From the NCBI GenBank assembly GCA_002010215.1, contig MTMY01000039.1, positions 1 through 39,796 on the forward strand: DNA of 39,796 nucleotides. Reading direction: 5' to 3'. Made by a program: the position numbers and the translations under genes. The notes beneath the pieces were generated by a model. It ran no database searches, was not told the origin of the DNA, and worked only from the letters and a program-made list of their open reading frames with translations. This document shows positions 38,637 through 39,796 of this stretch, one piece after another (within the stretch, counting starts at the first letter, position 1; every line of letters starts with the position of its first letter). The DNA comes from Archaeoglobus sp. JdFR-37 (lineage in GTDB: Archaea; Halobacteriota; Archaeoglobi; Archaeoglobales; Archaeoglobaceae).

Positions 38637-39796
38637 CTACAAGTTTCGCTTATATCCATCTAAAACAGTTGAAGCAAAACTGACAGAGCAGCTTGAGATA
38701 TGTAGATTGCTCTACAATCGCCTACTCGAAGAAGTGAACAGAGCAAGGAAAGAAGGTAGAAATATGACTCGTAAGGATACCCAAGCCCTCATCGTAAAGC
38801 TAAAGCAGAAAAAACCCGAACTGAACAAAGTTTACTCTAAAGTTCTCCAGATGGTGAACTACCAGCTATGAAGCAACATCAAAGCATTAAACGAACTCAA
38901 AAAACGAGGTAAGAAGGCGGGTGGCTTCGCTATAAAACTGGCAACTCGTTCAAAACTCTGAACTTCAGCTAGAGTGGATTCAAGATCGAGGAAAACAAGC
39001 TCATCCTCTCGAAAGTAGGCGAAATCCCCATTAGGTTACACTGTCCCATCGAGGGCAAGATCAAGGGCGTGATTATCAAGAGAACCAGAACTGGTAAATG
39101 GTTAGCCATAGTGCAGGCTGAAGTAGAACCAGAACCTCTACTGAAAACTGGCAGAATTGTGGGAATAGACGTGGGAATCCAGCACTTCTGCGTGGATTCC
39201 GACGGATTAGCTTTCGAGAATCCTCACTTCATCGACAAAACTCTTGATAAGATCAAAAGAGTACAAAAACAGCTATCAAGAAAGAAGAAAAGTTCAAAGA
39301 ACAGGGAGAAGGTCAAACTGAGGTTAGCAAAGCTCTACGAGAAACTGAAAAATCAACGTATGGACTTCTTACACAAGCTCTCTCGTTATTACGTCAACAA
39401 CTACGACATCATCGTGGTCGAAGACCTCGACATTAGAGATTTAGTTGAAAACGGCAATTCATCCACTCTCAACAGACACATCCATGATTCCGCATGGTCT
39501 AAATTCCTCTCACTGCTCGCCTACAAGGCTGAAAGAGATGGTAGGTGGATGGTGAGAGTAGATCCTGAAAACACGTCTAAAAAGTGTTCTCGCTGCGGTT
39601 ATGTTGTAAAAGATTTGAAGTTAAGCGATAGATGGTTTACCTCCCCAGAATGCGGATGGGAGGCGGACAGAGACTACAACGCCTCCCTGAACATACTGGA
39701 TGTGGGGCTGGGACGGTCTCTGACTGTGGAGGGAGAACCTCTACCCCTCGTGATCTCGTGTAGAGAAGTGATCGAGGGGCAAGTTCTCTCGCTGAA
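38626..39796 (+). pseudogene. tnpB: TnpB pseudogene
   Basis: SYKFRLYP start; TGA at 38869-38871; frameshift at ~38922; TAG at 38970-38972; then open through GIDVG, VEDL, CSRC, TSPEC (Cys lost) and DRDYNAS to the window end. Confidence 0.9.

Larger units (their letters stand above)
38120..39796 (+). mobile_element. Second IS200/IS605 element (tandem tnpA-tnpB); left boundary approximate, right end beyond the window
   Basis: Imperfect hairpin TGCTGC..TCCTC.TGC-GAAA-GCGAGGA..GTAGCA at 38128-38164, then overlapping tnpA and tnpB. Confidence 0.8.

Overview
This window looks like chromosomal DNA from an Archaeoglobales-like euryarchaeon. That is an inference from gene content, TATA boxes ~25 nt before leaderless starts, and protein resemblances recalled from memory, not from a database search. 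The left part holds the 3' end of a probable BKACE gene, a MoxR AAA+/vWA fusion and an M42 peptidase. Next is an SCP2 + Fe-alcohol dehydrogenase + aldehyde:ferredoxin oxidoreductase operon, transcribed divergently from a glycyl-radical enzyme (A. fulgidus PflD/PFL2-like) and its activase. The middle holds a coiled-coil gene followed by smc-scpA-scpB, then aspS, hisD, phosphopantothenate synthetase, DUF169, two tandem C/D-box guide sRNAs and two APC permeases. A complete 2058-bp IS200/IS605 element (23283-25340) carries a frameshifted ribbon-helix-helix-TnpA fusion and a divergent TnpB with an intact RuvC triad, a readable omegaRNA pseudoknot, an inferred TAM CTAC and its guide. The right part is housekeeping and RNA-related genes (crotonase, PAC2, DUF473, DUF460, RIO2, TtuA/NcsA, DUF373, SfsA), a TctA-like pseudogene, a catalytically degenerate tyrosine-recombinase-fold protein, an NMD3-like/CDIN1(C15orf41)-like pair, a lipoprotein and a ClpP-class protease. 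It ends in a second IS200/IS605 element with intact tnpA and pseudogenised tnpB that runs off the window.
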